Positions 62,687 to 64,000 of a stretch of 64,000 nucleotides of DNA are shown piece after piece; position 1 is the first letter of the stretch; the number at the start of each line of letters is the position of its first letter. The stretch comes from an uncultured Microthrixaceae bacterium. Lineage in GTDB: Bacteria > Actinomycetota > Acidimicrobiia > Acidimicrobiales > VFJN01. The notes beneath the pieces were generated by a model. That model saw nothing but the letters and a program-made list of their open reading frames with translations, searched no databases and was not told the DNA's origin. Both the position numbers and the translations under genes were made by a program. The stretch spans positions 12,184-76,183 of the forward strand of contig CAWJWI010000006.1 in NCBI GenBank assembly GCA_963846555.1, in the 5' to 3' direction.

Positions 62687-63299
62687 TGATGCTTCAAGCG
62701 GCGACCCGAGCCGGCGTTAGGGGACACGGCTCGCCCGATGCGCTCGAGGCCGACTCGTTGCTGAGCGCGCCGGCAGCGGTTGGCGGATGTACCGCATGTT
62801 GGTCGACCGCTGCCGCGAAGTCGCCAGCCCGACAGAGGCAGCCGCCGGCAGATCGACGGGCATCGCCTCGTCAATCAGAGCGACGGCAGGCAGCGAGCCG
62901 ATCGACGCACGCGCAGCGTCAGTTCGCGTCATGGGCCCACGGGCGCATGCAGGCGGCGACGCGGGCTAGCGATCCTCGAAGCTGGCAGGCCCGAGCCTCG
63001 AGGCCACGTTGGGGGCGCTGGACGCCGACGAGTTACCAACCGATGCGCAGGCGGCTGCGGAGAGGCGTCCAGCCACGATCTTCCTGTACGAGGCAGCGGA
63101 GGCCCGTCCGCCTCGTCGGCTGGCCGAGGACGCCCGCAGATCCGGCGTCAGTGGCGCTGCCTCCAAGCCCATGGTCCCGTGTGCGCGGAGCACCGCCGGT
63201 ATACCGGGTCGTGCGTGCGCGCGGAATCTGATCGTCCCGCCACCGAGGCGGCCAGCTCCCTCGCTACGGCACCCACTCTGCTCACCGAACCTCCGCTGC

Positions 63300-63541
63300 G
63301 GTGCTACGTCATGGCCACGTGCGAAGCTGCACCCGCACCCGGCTCTGCACAGCGGACGGAACCCACCCCGATTCGGGCGCCCATCGCCACGAGCGGACCC
63401 ACGAGCGGACCCACGAGTGGACCCACGACCGGCCTCGCGCTGCCAGCCACCGGAACCGACATCGCGATCGCGCCGGCGCTAGCCGCATTGCTGCTCGTGG
63501 TCGTGGCGCTGTTTAGGCATTTGCTCAAACGCGCTGTGTGA
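63300..63541 (+). pseudogene. C-terminal remnant of an LPxTG-type surface protein
   Basis: Pro/Thr linker, LPATG, hydrophobic helix, RHLLKR tail; no credible N-terminal part. Confidence 0.5.
63387..63434 (+). repeat. 12-bp tandem repeat, about 4 copies (CCACGAGCGGAC; encodes PTSG)
   Basis: Units at 63387, 63399, 63411, 63423. Confidence 0.85.
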
Positions 63542-63631
63542 GCGCCCTCGATCGACCTTGATCCGATGATCGTGATTCTTCCCGGGCAGTGACGAGCGGC
63601 TTGCGAGATCTTGACGCGCCCAAACCGCTCG

Positions 63632-63732
63632 CGGCTGGAGGTCCAGAATCAGGCACGGCATAGGTGCCGTGCTGGGACGCTGTAGGGGCAACGGTTGCCA
63701 GGTCGTGTCACCCTCCGCCGGACCTCCAGCCG
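63632..63732. other. Structured non-coding element
   Basis: 13-bp closing stem CGGCTGGAGGTCC/GGACCTCCAGCCG enclosing two hairpins. Confidence 0.6.
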
Positions 63733-63763
63733 TTAGCTGAGGTGACCCGCCCGTGAGCGTGTC

Positions 63764-64000
63764 TCAGCGGCGCTTAGCAGGACCGGGTGCGTCGATGGCG
63801 GCGGCGAAGACGGCAGCCACGTCGGGCCCGTAGGTGGACGCAGTGCTGGCGCCGACCTGAACCACTGACATGAGCAGCGACAGCACGATCGACACGACGC
63901 CGTTGCCGATGGACGTCGGGTCGATGTCCGACCGCACCGTGCCCGCCAGCTGCTCGGATCGGATGCGCTCGGCACACGCCTTCCGCACCTCCTCGAGCGC
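63764..64000 (-). CDS. 3' end of a probable TetR family regulator, cut by the window edge
   Basis: ..EQLAGTVRSDIDPTSIGNGVVSIVLSLL..; resembles a TetR C-terminal domain. Confidence 0.6.
   Translation of the reverse strand, partial: ALEEVRKACAERIRSEQLAGTVRSDIDPTSIGNGVVSIVLSLLMSVVQVGASTASTYGPDVAAVFAAAIDAPGPAKRR

Larger units (their letters stand above)
58526..62727 (+). repeat. Six dispersed direct ~28-bp intergenic repeats starting at 58526, 58914, 61078, 61539, 62001, 62700
   Basis: Consensus (C)GAG-CCGGCG-TTRTGGGACRC, each copy at a gene junction. Confidence 0.75.

Noticed and set aside
58526..62727. CRISPR array or classical integron reading of the repeats
   Set aside because: Spacing is 0.4-2.2 kb with whole genes between copies, no cas or intI gene is present, and most sites lack the RYYYAAC partner of a canonical attC.
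63387..63434. 12-bp tandem repeat as iterons or a mini-array
   Set aside because: In frame with a Pro/Thr linker before an LPATG anchor; ordinary coding repeat.

Overview
High-GC actinobacterial chromosomal DNA. Gene content (Rv3168/Rv3169-like pair, F420-type LLM oxidoreductase, many TetR regulators, P450s, cyclase-ATPase fusion) suggests Acidimicrobiia; this is an inference. About 68 CDS are supported; no rRNA, tRNA, CRISPR array, transposase or integrase was seen. Blocks: stress proteins (0-2 kb); lipid/aromatic catabolism with TetR regulators (2-15 kb); cyclase-ATPase, SulP+MerR, cupin+MarR, CopB, secreted Ntn acylase (15-29 kb); a sulfur-detoxification regulon (CstR-like repressor, two MBL-rhodanese fusions, MMPL, rhodanese, TauE, plus thioredoxin and a MerE-like gene sharing the operator; 29-39 kb); ECF42, a Rox-like monooxygenase behind an RAE-like palindrome, ArsR-ArsC, UvrA2 (40-48 kb); a PAS kinase/REC-anti-sigma/RsbQ-RsbP signalling cluster (50-56 kb). 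The most unusual signal is at 58.5-62.7 kb: six direct-oriented ~28-bp sites (variable arm, CCGGCG core, TTRTGGGACRC arm) lie at junctions between small unrelated genes, resembling a recombination-site-delimited cassette array (Xer/dif-like or attC-like) with no recombinase in the window. At least seven single-base frameshifts in otherwise intact reading frames suggest assembly indel errors. Family names come from recalled motifs, not database searches.
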